Positions 49,301 to 58,639 are shown, numbered from the stretch's first letter. The stretch is 64,000 nt of DNA from a virus (IMGVR_UViG_3300012348_000120); one strand, 5' to 3'. The notes: a model not told the origin generated them from the sequence alone. A program made the numbers and translations.

Positions 49301-52126
49301 ATCCACTACCATTTTGGCATAGCCTTTTCTACGGCTGTCTTCTGCTGTAATGACGTGCGAAATATATACTTCGTTGTCAACGATACTTACATCCACACCA
49401 GCTTTGATTACGCCATCAACCATTAGATACTTGGTTCCAAACGTTTCACCTTTGTAATGATCAGATACGGACACTGGGTTTATTTTGATATTCCCAGTGT
49501 TTTCTGTCATCTTTTTATTTTTTTTTAGTGATTCGGTTTTTGCTATTTTTGGTTTGTCATACATTGGATCATGAGCGGCATGAGCGAATAGATAAACATC
49601 TTCGTGTTCTTCATTCCAATTTTGGTTGCTTTGTGCATCGGACATTTCATCCTGCAACTTTTTTTCCATTGTTCTCAAATCGGTATATTCTTTTTTGAGA
49701 CGTGTAAGGGTGGCAGTGTCGGTTTTATCCATTGCACTGTAATCATCCCACACTTCGCGAATCTTATCTTGCACGGAATTAAGTTCTCTCTCAATCTCCT
49801 TGACTTCGTTTTTCAACTCAGTGTCATAGGTATGAAAACCACTGCGCAAGAAATCATCTACATCGTTGTCAATGTCTGATAGCTCCCAGTCGCCGCCATT
49901 ATTTTTTGCTGCGTATACTGTGATTCCTGGGATTTTTGATAGAGCGATCCATATCTTCTTTCCACCTTGCGATTGAAGATCGTCGCTGCGAAGTGTCCAG
50001 CCTTTCTTACATAGGTATGCGTATAGCTTTGGTGCAATACCTTTGCCTTGCCATGATGGATGAATGATGGTTGCTTTCGCAATCCAATATTCCATACCTT
50101 TCAAGTTACCGTAGTCGCGTTCAAACTCGATCAAGGCTACTGGTCTACGGTTCAACGCAGCGTCTTCATTCTTGTCTGTGACCAAAAACACTTTGCGTGA
50201 GTTGTTTCCGTATTGTTCTAAAACTACATCATACCCGCCAAGTCTGCCTATCTTTTTTACATATCTGGTATTCTTTCCTTCCCAGTCGGTGCTTCCAATG
50301 TATCCCCAACTTTTTGGTAGGTCAACAGAGGATACTTCGGTGATGGATTCGTTCTTTGGCTTTTTGTCTGCCACTGCCAACAGATAAATGATTTCGTTCT
50401 TTTGGCGACTTAGACTGTCGTCATTATAAATTTTATCACGCTCTTTTGTAAGTTTGCGAATATGATCATCTAAGTAATCCATATCTGCTTGCATCTTTTC
50501 CAGTTGTTTTGGATCAGATACTTTTTCAGATTGTGCCAATAACACATTGTATTGAGAACGGGCAGATTTGATTTCATTTGTGTATTCATCTACGCCTTCA
50601 TTGCGATAGATAGGGAAATCACCTGACAATACTTCTTCGCCATCAACGGCGGTATAGTCTATCTTACCATGAACATCTTCTTTTGCTGCGTAAACAGTAA
50701 TACCAGGAACTTTCGCCAACTCAGCCCAAATTTTCATTCCGCCCTTGGATTGGTCTGTATCTGAACGAAGGAAGAATCCTCTCTTGATCAAATACGCATA
50801 AATCTTTGGCATAAGTTTTTTGCCTCTTAGCTTTTCACTAAGTGCCGCACCCTTTACTTGCCATAGCGTAACAGTATCTTCTGTGTAGTTCTGAGTAAGT
50901 AAAAGTTCACCTTCAATAATAACAGGATCACTACTCTCTTTTGATAATTGTGAGGTAGTTATGAATATAGAACGGTTCATAACGCCAATCTTTTTCTGAT
51001 ACAGACTTATTGGGCCGATAGTTCCGATAAGAGATATACCAGAATACATAAGCAAATCTTTTCCTACGTTTCCTGGGTTCCAATCGCTTTCAACGCCGAC
51101 CTGTGAAATGCGATCTTCTTTGATACCCTGACGTTCTTTATACATTCTTTCAAGTTGACGCGCATTGATTCCGCTGAATGCACGTGCAATATCAAACGCA
51201 TAACCGCCAACACTCTGTCGGTTACCTTGTGTTGTGACTAAACGATGCAACGCTTGTAGTGCTGCACCATAAAAATTTTCAGTTGCTTTTGCTGCAAGTT
51301 TTGACTGATACTCATCACGATTTACAGCTTCATTTGTAATAGCTTCTTCTTCGTCGCTGGTGTCTCCAGTGATTTGATAAGTTTTGCCCTTTACTGTGAA
51401 CTCTTTTTTGCCAGCTTTTATTGCATTCATTCTCGCATCAGTGAATGGATTTGATTCTCTCATCACAGTATCGGCAAGTTTCACACCAGCACGATCAGCC
51501 AGCTTTTTTAGTTTCAGTAGTTGTTTGCCTGTCTTGAATGCAGCTTTTAGAACTGCAACCGTAGTTTGGCCAACGACCGCCATTACAATCAAATCAGTCA
51601 ATGGGGGTATTGAACCCAAATCTTCTGTGATGTCTGCTTCGCCTACCAATCTTCCTTTATATGGATGTGGTTGAGTTCCAGTTCTTGACGGCTTTGAGTT
51701 TTTTGGCAATGGTTCTGAGCCACGAACTTGATCTACACTCTCAACTGGAAACTCTCTATCTGGCGACTTGAAGTTTTTCTTTCTCATAACGGTTTTGGCA
51801 ACCAAGTCTAATTGATTGTTCTGTCTATTCCATTTCAATATGAATGGGATATTTACGTCAGATTCCAAATCCTTCATAATGGCTTCTTTGTCTGGACCCA
51901 TTTGTGCAATTGGTTTGCCCCAACGCTTGTATTCTTTGGCGAACAACCGACCAAGTTCGCGAATAGTAATTTGTTTTCCGTTACGCTCGTCATTCACACG
52001 ATCAAGAAAGTGACGAGTAAATTCAACGTCAATGCCAATTTTATTGAATACACTATCAATGTGGACTTCAAGTGCGTCCAATGCAGCTTTTGTTACTTTA
52101 CTATCAATATCGGTTATGTTTACCAT
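46316..52126 (-). CDS. 1936-aa multi-domain polyprotein (RNase-like, 4 GNAT, 2 ParB-like, hydrophobic C-terminus)
   Basis: Four (Q/R)xxGx(A/M)-type GNAT motifs, two DGHHR motifs, N-terminal FTRHFLDR. Confidence 0.75.
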   Translation of the reverse strand: MVNITDIDSKVTKAALDALEVHIDSVFNKIGIDVEFTRHFLDRVNDERNGKQITIRELGRLFAKEYKRWGKPIAQMGPDKEAIMKDLESDVNIPFILKWNRQNNQLDLVAKTVMRKKNFKSPDREFPVESVDQVRGSEPLPKNSKPSRTGTQPHPYKGRLVGEADITEDLGSIPPLTDLIVMAVVGQTTVAVLKAAFKTGKQLLKLKKLADRAGVKLADTVMRESNPFTDARMNAIKAGKKEFTVKGKTYQITGDTSDEEEAITNEAVNRDEYQSKLAAKATENFYGAALQALHRLVTTQGNRQSVGGYAFDIARAFSGINARQLERMYKERQGIKEDRISQVGVESDWNPGNVGKDLLMYSGISLIGTIGPISLYQKKIGVMNRSIFITTSQLSKESSDPVIIEGELLLTQNYTEDTVTLWQVKGAALSEKLRGKKLMPKIYAYLIKRGFFLRSDTDQSKGGMKIWAELAKVPGITVYAAKEDVHGKIDYTAVDGEEVLSGDFPIYRNEGVDEYTNEIKSARSQYNVLLAQSEKVSDPKQLEKMQADMDYLDDHIRKLTKERDKIYNDDSLSRQKNEIIYLLAVADKKPKNESITEVSSVDLPKSWGYIGSTDWEGKNTRYVKKIGRLGGYDVVLEQYGNNSRKVFLVTDKNEDAALNRRPVALIEFERDYGNLKGMEYWIAKATIIHPSWQGKGIAPKLYAYLCKKGWTLRSDDLQSQGGKKIWIALSKIPGITVYAAKNNGGDWELSDIDNDVDDFLRSGFHTYDTELKNEVKEIERELNSVQDKIREVWDDYSAMDKTDTATLTRLKKEYTDLRTMEKKLQDEMSDAQSNQNWNEEHEDVYLFAHAAHDPMYDKPKIAKTESLKKNKKMTENTGNIKINPVSVSDHYKGETFGTKYLMVDGVIKAGVDVSIVDNEVYISHVITAEDSRRKGYAKMVVDDLFKEFPDKKISVSDMTDDGSEFFRSQYSVDDETGEIQKKLGEEIETVKVSKDWKSYMWGFPIKRYYSKYTEVEPMGKFRVFIDKDGRELNALLCDKETNMHALVHMTRSSSKSPCVIHAAALDPALQGKGLMPKFYAHLVTKAGLFLQADSMQSAGGRKIWVALSKDPSVTVFAAYKENGVEKYSHVEGDNLLYSDAPIYDDERDENVAEIKNEINSVTDLINKYMDQRDTVTDEATRQKLRSYIEELNAKREELRKEYLTVLPKKPKKTFSKLLAVPAKTPSMESVNDSIGEAITKAEISTDPNEMGSWVQDDQKKPEKTTILPVSKITVLEPDDKFDDPQYAANLKNILKAVKSGKELPPILVRRVGNGFQVIDGHHRFKAYRIAGKKYIPTRIISSSRVKDVTPSYVNESYKLQLERDNDLYVLHILNTDSGKRTEVRGKSNYETNGYDANDKLHQLLDTIGKTANISELMNGEVVTINPKHPSGEVAKKATDAAFHEDAIEPDATGYQHDLITMPPNTLVIDTKGDLDWYKLGQHFARLNQQDPHEFGQGDSDMIVTLANQEQVDRLKRMLDKFGATYKDIGGSSEHPEIHSEGDLNELKIVKPKPEDTLGVPRRHMPQIDEKHYEDLFRYIYDKGSKIKKETVDPAELSSTQSEFSDKGVEAAMTNGKMNKPIIISSDNYVLDGHHRWLAAKNAKVHKITAFRINLPAKDGLSMLINFPQTTFKDIHETAGVGKIVKGVNTTIDVGPNEIKKQAAKFGNKVSKDGKPVSKLREMYGTTDRKMLTEAQLKEAMLDSVTKWLGSKAQNTIDDLSNTILTMKDAAILIKDVLTDETYFQTAYTQMVKSARGMIKQLNNVLASAIALVKNETVIATLKDMVQNIVTFAASILKRGGIIGFLGSLGVYAFSKYMVQNLNSVKTILTNIVKSDFADQFGGLITTVMNVATEKVPGLTFFSFFDNLNTVKELFFEVLSSIKRKLEFGRNLNTKVA

Positions 52127-52238
52127 TATTATTATTCCTCATATTTCCACTGCATTTGCGTTCCCTTAGACTACTAAATATTATAGTGTTAGTTGTCTTT
52201 TCAACGTTTTCACAGTGGATTTAATTCCATTACTGTAT

Positions 52239-53687
52239 TTATCGTGTAATTTCTTCCCAATCCATTGATCCAAATACTTCTTGTGCATCCGTATCTGATG
52301 TGATTGCCAATGTAAAAGAACTAGGAGTTCCCGTCAAACTATTTCGTTCAAGTTGGAATTGAAACAGTGCTTCTTTCAGTAATTCCAATGCTGGAGAACC
52401 TTGGTTTGAAGAATTTATAAATCCACTCGCAACAACTCTGCCCCCTGTTATTGCAGTTCCAGATATAGTATATTCTACCGCAGAATCTACTCCTGCACTT
52501 GTCCAAGAACCAGTTGTGACTGTTCCGCCAACTATAAATTTCCAAAGATAATTTATTCCGTTTCCAGTTCCTAAGAATGAAGCAGCAGTTGGAATTACGA
52601 TTGCATCCAATGCTGTTGATTTCAAACGAATAGAAACAACTGGATAAAATACGCCTTTTGTTGCGATTGCTTTTGGAGCAGTTATCAGAGTTTCAATTCC
52701 ATTTTGTTGTCCGCGCAATTCATATCCGCCCTCTGACATTACAGTAGAACAGATTTGTTTCAATGTGCTTGAACTGGAAGTGACTCCAGTATTCTTTATT
52801 TCGTAACGTAATGGCAACGATGCAGTAGTAATATATGTGCTTGTTATTCGGTTTGCATGATGGAATGAGTGACAATGAACGAATTGCCCATCGATGACAA
52901 ATCCAAGACGAACTGTGCCAAGGCCAAGCCATTCAACGTCCATCCACATGATTTGTGCTTTGCTAATGTCCAATATAAATCCAGATGGTCCAGTGCCATC
53001 CATTGGATCAATGTTCCAATCTGCTTGGTTCGCTCGTGTCTCTGTTACTGCCCCAGTAACATATGATCTTTCAACGAAAGACACAGTGCTTCCGTCAAGT
53101 TCAAGATACATTCCATTTTGTGCGCCAAAATATCCAACGCGCTGTCGTAGGTTTGATTTAGCAGGAGAGAATACAAACGTATTCAAGTTCAGTAGCGACT
53201 TTCCTGGTTGGTATGAAAACACTTTCAGTGTTTCTCTTATCACTTCTGCATTTGCAGTTGTATCCACTGTGAGATTTACGAGACCTTCGTTTGGAGAGAA
53301 CGCAAATGATCCGCCAGTAACAGTAGAGGTTGCCCACAATCCATTGTCTTTGAAACGATGTGATGAGTCAAACAATGTGAGTGGGTTTGAAACTCGTTGT
53401 CTACCAAACGCATCAGTGCCAGTTGGATTTGTAGCCACATTTACTGTGCCAGTTATTCCAGATACGGCTACTGTGCCTGAAATTGGAATAGGGTTGCCCT
53501 CATCATTGTTGATTTCAACTACACCTGTAATATCAGTGACGATGACATCGCCATTGATTGTCATATTCGCACCTTCTGAGATTTCTTCAATACTCACGCG
53601 AAGTGTAGGTTCTCCATCGCCATCGTATTTCAGCGCATTTTGTATTCCCATTAGATTTTTGTCGGAATTATCATGTTGATATGTCAT
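52239..53687 (-). CDS. putative virion structural protein
   Basis: Thr/Gly-rich, beta-strand-like; DAFGRQRVSNPLTLFD. Confidence 0.55.
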   Translation of the reverse strand: MTYQHDNSDKNLMGIQNALKYDGDGEPTLRVSIEEISEGANMTINGDVIVTDITGVVEINNDEGNPIPISGTVAVSGITGTVNVATNPTGTDAFGRQRVSNPLTLFDSSHRFKDNGLWATSTVTGGSFAFSPNEGLVNLTVDTTANAEVIRETLKVFSYQPGKSLLNLNTFVFSPAKSNLRQRVGYFGAQNGMYLELDGSTVSFVERSYVTGAVTETRANQADWNIDPMDGTGPSGFILDISKAQIMWMDVEWLGLGTVRLGFVIDGQFVHCHSFHHANRITSTYITTASLPLRYEIKNTGVTSSSSTLKQICSTVMSEGGYELRGQQNGIETLITAPKAIATKGVFYPVVSIRLKSTALDAIVIPTAASFLGTGNGINYLWKFIVGGTVTTGSWTSAGVDSAVEYTISGTAITGGRVVASGFINSSNQGSPALELLKEALFQFQLERNSLTGTPSSFTLAITSDTDAQEVFGSMDWEEITR

Positions 53688-53690
53688 CTC

Positions 53691-54281
53691 TTATTTTCCT
53701 TTTTTCGCTGCGGCAGCTTTTATCTTGTCTGCATATGGAAGCAAGTAATCTGCAACCAAATCAAAGAATGAGCGACCATCTATTCTTGTATCTTCTGGAA
53801 CGCCAGCCGCATCCGCAAATGCTTTGCGATCACCATCTAACACTGCTTGACGTAGGGCGGTTGCAGAACTCAATCTTGGAGTTGCAACCTGAACAATATT
53901 TGGAAAGTTGTAATAACCATGACGACCTTCCTCGCCATTGTATTGCTGTATAGTTTTCGTAACCCAATCTTCATCGGTGTATACCATCAGAGTTACGTTG
54001 CCATGTTCTTTATATACTTTTGATGCTAATGTCAACCAAGAGGTTTCAGCAACAATATGCCCTTTGATTTCTGGCATAATGGCTTCCATCACTTTGACTT
54101 TTTCCTCGTATGGAAGAGGGTCTTTTGGTCCAACTGTTGATTGGTTTGTCCCGACATACCATGTTGGATTCTTACTTGCCATTTCCCAAGCAGCACGATG
54201 ACCTTTGTGCGCTGGATTGAAACGACCAAAGATTATACCAACGGTGTTTTCTTTTGCTTCGTATAGTTGAAATATTCTCAT
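53691..54281 (-). CDS. cytidylyltransferase-like (HxGH) nucleotidyltransferase
   Basis: FGRFNPAHKGH, DPL and SATALR; start MRIFQLYE at a TAATG overlap. Confidence 0.85.
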   Translation of the reverse strand: MRIFQLYEAKENTVGIIFGRFNPAHKGHRAAWEMASKNPTWYVGTNQSTVGPKDPLPYEEKVKVMEAIMPEIKGHIVAETSWLTLASKVYKEHGNVTLMVYTDEDWVTKTIQQYNGEEGRHGYYNFPNIVQVATPRLSSATALRQAVLDGDRKAFADAAGVPEDTRIDGRSFFDLVADYLLPYADKIKAAAAKKGK

Positions 54282-55444
54282 TATCTTGCTCCTGGAGTCC
54301 AACGATGACGTGGAACGAACTTTACATTGCCGAACTGTTTTGTATCATCTCCATAACGAACACGACCTTCGCCATTCGTATCCCAAATCTCGCCTTGTTC
54401 GCCTTCAACTTGGTCAATAACTTCGTTCTTCATATTCTGAATCATCTTGACCAGTGTAAATATCTTGTCTAATGCATTCCCGTTTGCATCATTCAGTTGA
54501 ACTATTTTTTCTTGTTTGGATGGAGATACTTTGCTTGTTCGCAACCAGTCAAGAAACAATGTTTCTCCAAGTTGATCTAATTTTTTAGCACCCGCAGTTT
54601 GGTTCACAAAACGATAGATAATATCTTTCAAATCACTCAATCCCTTGACACTTTCTAAGAAGGCATCAATTGACTTTGAGTTTTGTGCAAGATACTTTTC
54701 TACTTGGTTAATTGCAGTAGTGTCTACTTTTACTGGTTTTGTATTATAGATTGGACCCAACACGATTAGCTTGCTTGATCCATTGAACATTGAAAAATCA
54801 GAAATCGGTTCTTGTGAATGATCTGGCATTCCAAACTCTGGGAAGTATGCGTGTCCTACTACCATAACATTTGCGGCAGAAATACGGCGTCCAAGTTCAC
54901 TATCCTGTCTTACATGGTAGCAAGTATTTGATTTTGGATTTGGGCAGAATGTATATATTTCATCTTTGAGTTGTGGGCGATCAAGGAAAAGAGAATCTGC
55001 ATACACAAATCCAACAAAATCTTTTGGTGTGGCAGCGTCAAATAACGGATACAGTCCAGCAAACTTTTTTGCAAAAGCATCGCGTTGTTGCTTTTCCTCG
55101 TCTGAAGCAGGAGAACCAGATTTGTTTGCTATGAAGTCAATCAAATCTTCTGGATTGTCAGTCTTGGCACCTCTTGCCCATCCGTTGTGGCCAGCCAGAA
55201 TAAGTGGCCCGCCCTTTGTTTCACGCCCCCAATATACTTGTGGATTTCCATCCCATTTCATACGAATGGACTTTGATCCTTCCGCAGTGGCGACATCTTT
55301 TAGATGCTCCAATGCCTCGATTGTTCCCTTACTTCCATAAAAGAATACTAAATCTTCTAAATGGTTGAATGCACGACCAAGTTGCTTATCTTCTGCAACA
55401 TAACGTCTAATGTAAGTTTCTGTGATTATTTCTGCAAATCTCAT
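54281..55444 (-). CDS. ligase-like nucleotidyltransferase-fold protein
   Basis: HLED, KWDG (motif I-like), EGRV (motif IV-like) and VKFV (motif V-like). Confidence 0.6.
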   Translation of the reverse strand: MRFAEIITETYIRRYVAEDKQLGRAFNHLEDLVFFYGSKGTIEALEHLKDVATAEGSKSIRMKWDGNPQVYWGRETKGGPLILAGHNGWARGAKTDNPEDLIDFIANKSGSPASDEEKQQRDAFAKKFAGLYPLFDAATPKDFVGFVYADSLFLDRPQLKDEIYTFCPNPKSNTCYHVRQDSELGRRISAANVMVVGHAYFPEFGMPDHSQEPISDFSMFNGSSKLIVLGPIYNTKPVKVDTTAINQVEKYLAQNSKSIDAFLESVKGLSDLKDIIYRFVNQTAGAKKLDQLGETLFLDWLRTSKVSPSKQEKIVQLNDANGNALDKIFTLVKMIQNMKNEVIDQVEGEQGEIWDTNGEGRVRYGDDTKQFGNVKFVPRHRWTPGAR

Positions 55445-55492
55445 TTCTGCCCTTCCATAAAACTATTACAGTATTTATCATTATGTCCATAT

Positions 55493-55523
55493 AAAAAAAC
55501 CCCGCCGAAGCGAGGTTGTTTTT
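55493..55523 (-). terminator. intrinsic terminator
   Basis: AACCTCGC-TTCG-GCGGGGTT followed by a T-run. Confidence 0.75.
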
Positions 55524-55536
55524 GTATTGGATTATC

Positions 55537-56022
55537 TTAGCAAACTTTGACGAGAGTGCGATTATGAAGGCGCTGAATGTTATAGCCACCAGCAAGGATA
55601 GTGCTTATGGTGACAACATGGCCAGCAACATTGAACGCCCCTTCAATCCCATCACTGCACTCAACCAGTTCAAAGTCGGGGATTTCTGTGATGCCTTTTT
55701 TGTTCAGAGCGGCAATGATAGTGGCGTCACGTTTTGCAATCAGGGCATTGGTGTTTTTTGCCATATTGGCAAGAGCACCTTCACGGCCATGACCGACCAG
55801 AAGGTTCCACATCGCTTTGGAACCGAAGTGGGCAATAGCGGCCATACCGCTATCAAAACGACCGAAACCAGAATCAAACCGACCACCAGCTTTGTGTTCA
55901 GCGCGGGCGGCGTCAACAAAGGCTTTCAGCGTATCAAGTTTATGAGCCGCCCATTCTTGATCGGAAGCATGGAGACGAGCGTTGACAGTGGCAAAGGCGG
56001 CTGCAAGTTTCTCTTTCATCAT
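55537..56022 (-). CDS. hypothetical early protein
   Basis: AGGAG SD; promoter TTGACC-17-TATATT; ILAGGYNIQRLH motif. Confidence 0.75.
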   Translation of the reverse strand: MMKEKLAAAFATVNARLHASDQEWAAHKLDTLKAFVDAARAEHKAGGRFDSGFGRFDSGMAAIAHFGSKAMWNLLVGHGREGALANMAKNTNALIAKRDATIIAALNKKGITEIPDFELVECSDGIEGAFNVAGHVVTISTILAGGYNIQRLHNRTLVKVC

Positions 56023-56077
56023 TCGCTCCTGATTCGTCTTCCCTACAAAGACAATATACGACAACCAACGAGAAAGG

Positions 56078-56383
56078 TCAATAGGCTTTATCACTATTTT
56101 GCAGATTTTTCCATGTTTCTGCGGTTTGAAGTTGATCATTTACAATAGAAATGATTTCTTGTTTGAACTCATCTGTATCGTCTTCGCTCATAACCTCAAC
56201 CGTAATTATATTAGAGTAATGCCCATCGTAATCTGACGTGACACCCATGTTTGCCAGTTTTGCATATAATGTATCATTTGCATTGCAAGCATCATTCCAC
56301 GCACTTTCATAGTCAAGTAATGCTTCGAACTGTGACATTGATACAGTCAGGGCGTATGTAGTTGTAAGTTTCTCAAATACCAT
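56078..56383 (-). CDS. hypothetical protein
   Basis: 101 aa; TTGACA promoter near 56440. Confidence 0.65.
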   Translation of the reverse strand: MVFEKLTTTYALTVSMSQFEALLDYESAWNDACNANDTLYAKLANMGVTSDYDGHYSNIITVEVMSEDDTDEFKQEIISIVNDQLQTAETWKNLQNSDKAY

Positions 56384-56445
56384 CTTGGCTTGTCCTTATC
56401 CCAGATTACGATAATAATATAACTGAGTTACAACTGATTGTCAAA

Positions 56446-56474
56446 TAAAAAAAGACCCCGAAGGGTCTTTTTTT
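56446..56474. terminator. intrinsic terminator
   Basis: A-run-GACCC-CGAA-GGGTC-T-run. Confidence 0.8.
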
Positions 56475-56682
56475 ACCAGAATTTCCACCAAGGAGTGGGA
56501 CGTTCCTGTATTTCTTCTAATGCCTCTTGGCATTCAACAACGGCATCCCAGTCCCCAATTTGTTTGTAATTCTTTATTCTCTTTTTTATCTGTCTGGCAG
56601 TCCAAAAAAACATTTTGCCTTGTTCGTTTTCAAATACGCCAACGACATTTAGTTTTCGGACATCAACGTAACGAAATCTCAT
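56473..56682 (-). CDS. hypothetical protein
   Basis: 69 aa ending PWWKFW; GGAG SD. Confidence 0.6.
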   Translation of the reverse strand: MRFRYVDVRKLNVVGVFENEQGKMFFWTARQIKKRIKNYKQIGDWDAVVECQEALEEIQERPTPWWKFW

Positions 56683-56733
56683 TTTCTGTCTCCATCTCTC
56701 TATGTATTTAGTATAAAGGAATGGAGAAATATG

Positions 56734-57012
56734 TTACGATGTTATTTCTTTTACCCATTCTTCGTATCCGATTTCAAACGGACGGATGGGAAATGCTAAT
56801 GTCCAAGTTGATTGTGAATCAATAGTATCACCATCAAACTGCATATGAAGATATACGATGCCTTTTTTGGGAAACCATTCAAACTCAACAGGATCAATAG
56901 TTGACTTATAAAATTCATTACTGCATATCTTACGTGCAATAATGATCAACTCTTTAGACTTGAACTTTGGTTCGTATGATTGTTTAGGGAATTTTGGTTT
57001 ATATGGTAGCAT
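56734..57012 (-). CDS. hypothetical protein
   Basis: 92-aa ORF. Confidence 0.55.
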   Translation of the reverse strand: MLPYKPKFPKQSYEPKFKSKELIIIARKICSNEFYKSTIDPVEFEWFPKKGIVYLHMQFDGDTIDSQSTWTLAFPIRPFEIGYEEWVKEITS

Positions 57013-57030
57013 ATTGCACTTATATGATTA

Positions 57031-57120
57031 TGGCGGATGAGGTGAGATTCGAACTCACGGTAGGCTTTCACCTACGCTGGTTTTCAAGACCAGAGCCATA
57101 AACCACTCGGCCACCCATCC
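57031..57120 (-). tRNA. tRNA-Ser(UGA)
   Basis: Cloverleaf with long variable arm, loop CT-TGA-AA, encoded CCA. Confidence 0.93.
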
Positions 57121-57355
57121 GTTATACATGTTTATTTATCTTTGAGAAAAAATATCGGGATAAACATGCAAAACCCTCACTGTCATACGAATATAGTAGA
57201 GGCCATCAGCGTAATCTGCATTCGAAGTGCAGCACAACTTACTGGCATTCAAGAGATTCGAATAATCCCTCTGAGTTATATAGGCATCAACGAGGATTGA
57301 TACCAGTGATACTGCCACTCCTAACTCCAAATGTTAGGCGGCAGTCACATATAGT

Positions 57356-57432
57356 TGGTAGCGCATACGGGTTTCGAACCCGTTTCTCCGCCTTGAAAGG
57401 GCAGCGACCTTCGCCAAGAAGTCCAATGCGCC
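57356..57432 (-). tRNA. tRNA-Glu(UUC)
   Basis: Loop CT-TTC-AA, GGTTCGAAA, CCA. Confidence 0.88.
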
Positions 57433-57451
57433 AAAAAAAAATTACGATGCT

Positions 57452-57655
57452 TTACTTTTCAAGATACTTAGAAATCATTTCAAGAATGTCGTCATATTCC
57501 GCAACGATTTTGATTTCTTTTTCAATCGTGTCAATGATGTCTGAGTGCTCACCAACACCAACTGGGTTACTTAGATACACCTGAATGTTTGCCAAGTGTT
57601 TGTCAATATGACCTTGGGCATGACTTTTGAGTGCCTTTAGAAGTGCTTCTTTCAT
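57452..57655 (-). CDS. hypothetical phage protein
   Basis: 67 aa with NPVGVGEHSDI; AAGGA SD. Confidence 0.75.
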   Translation of the reverse strand: MKEALLKALKSHAQGHIDKHLANIQVYLSNPVGVGEHSDIIDTIEKEIKIVAEYDDILEMISKYLEK

Positions 57656-57677
57656 CGTATTTCCTTTTGGAGTTATT

Positions 57678-57752
57678 TGGTGCGGAATGAGAGGGTCGAA
57701 CTCCCGACATCCTCGGTGTAAACGAGGCGCTCTACCACTGAGCTAATCCCGC
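57678..57752 (-). tRNA. tRNA-Val(UAC)
   Basis: Loop TT-TAC-AC, CCA. Confidence 0.93.
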
Positions 57753-57832
57753 ACTGTAATCAGTGACTTTTATGTTTTTTTCAACGGGAAGTATGTTACC
57801 CGAATGGCATATTCAATCATATGCTAGGAATT

Positions 57833-57907
57833 TGGAGCGGGCGATGAGATTCGAACTCACGACATTTTCGTTGGCAACGAAAGGCTCTACCACTGAGCTA
57901 CACCCGC
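57833..57907 (-). tRNA. tRNA-Gly(GCC)
   Basis: Loop TT-GCC-AA, TCCA end. Confidence 0.94.
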
Positions 57908-57911
57908 ATTT

Positions 57912-57987
57912 TGGTGGAGATGGACGGGATCGAACCGACGACATTATGCTTGCAAAGCATACGCTCTCCCAACTGAGCTACATCCCC
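57912..57987 (-). tRNA. tRNA-Ala(UGC)
   Basis: Loop TT-TGC-AA, G3:U70, CCA. Confidence 0.95.
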
Positions 57988-57996
57988 ATTTTATTT

Positions 57997-58081
57997 TGGT
58001 GCGGGTAGAGGGACTTGAACCCCCACACCTTACGGTGCCAGAACCTAAATCTGGTGCGTCTACCAATTTCGCCATACCCGC
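57997..58081 (-). tRNA. tRNA-Leu(UAG)
   Basis: Loop TT-TAG-GT, long variable arm, CCA. Confidence 0.94.
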
Positions 58082-58094
58082 ATTGTGAAGTTGA

Positions 58095-58170
<76 letters not shown>

Positions 58171-58204
58171 ACAATGAACTTCACATACTTATTTATCTTT
58201 TATA

Positions 58205-58471
58205 TCAGGAAACAATCTGTTTGTCAACTACTTTCTTCAAGTATTCATATGTTTCTTCATATGTCTTGAAAACTTTTGTTCCATCTTTACTTATCACTCT
58301 TACAGAAGAACCAAAGCATTGAACTAATCCAAAGTTTGGAAATCTGCCATTACCAAGAAATCTTGCATTCCAGCGCGTTCTTCTTCTTACTGGTTCATGA
58401 AACTCGTGTGGTATGTTTAGTATCTCACTACATTTCAAATAGAACTCTTCTTTTTCGTCTAATGTTTTCAT
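58205..58471 (-). CDS. hypothetical protein
   Basis: 88 aa with RTRWN..GNGRFP; GAGG SD. Confidence 0.7.
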   Translation of the reverse strand: MKTLDEKEEFYLKCSEILNIPHEFHEPVRRRTRWNARFLGNGRFPNFGLVQCFGSSVRVISKDGTKVFKTYEETYEYLKKVVDKQIVS

Positions 58472-58564
58472 ATTATCCTCTCACATCAAACACGGTTTAG
58501 GCTCTACCGAAAACCATAACAAGAGGTTACTTCGCAATCTAAATGCTACTAACATTGTGTATAT

Positions 58565-58639
58565 TGGAGCGGGCGATGGGAATCGAACCCACGACGAACA
58601 GCTTGGAAGGCTGACACTCTACCTCTGAGTTACACCCGC
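58565..58639 (-). tRNA. tRNA-Gly(UCC)
   Basis: Loop CT-TCC-AA, TCCA end. Confidence 0.93.
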
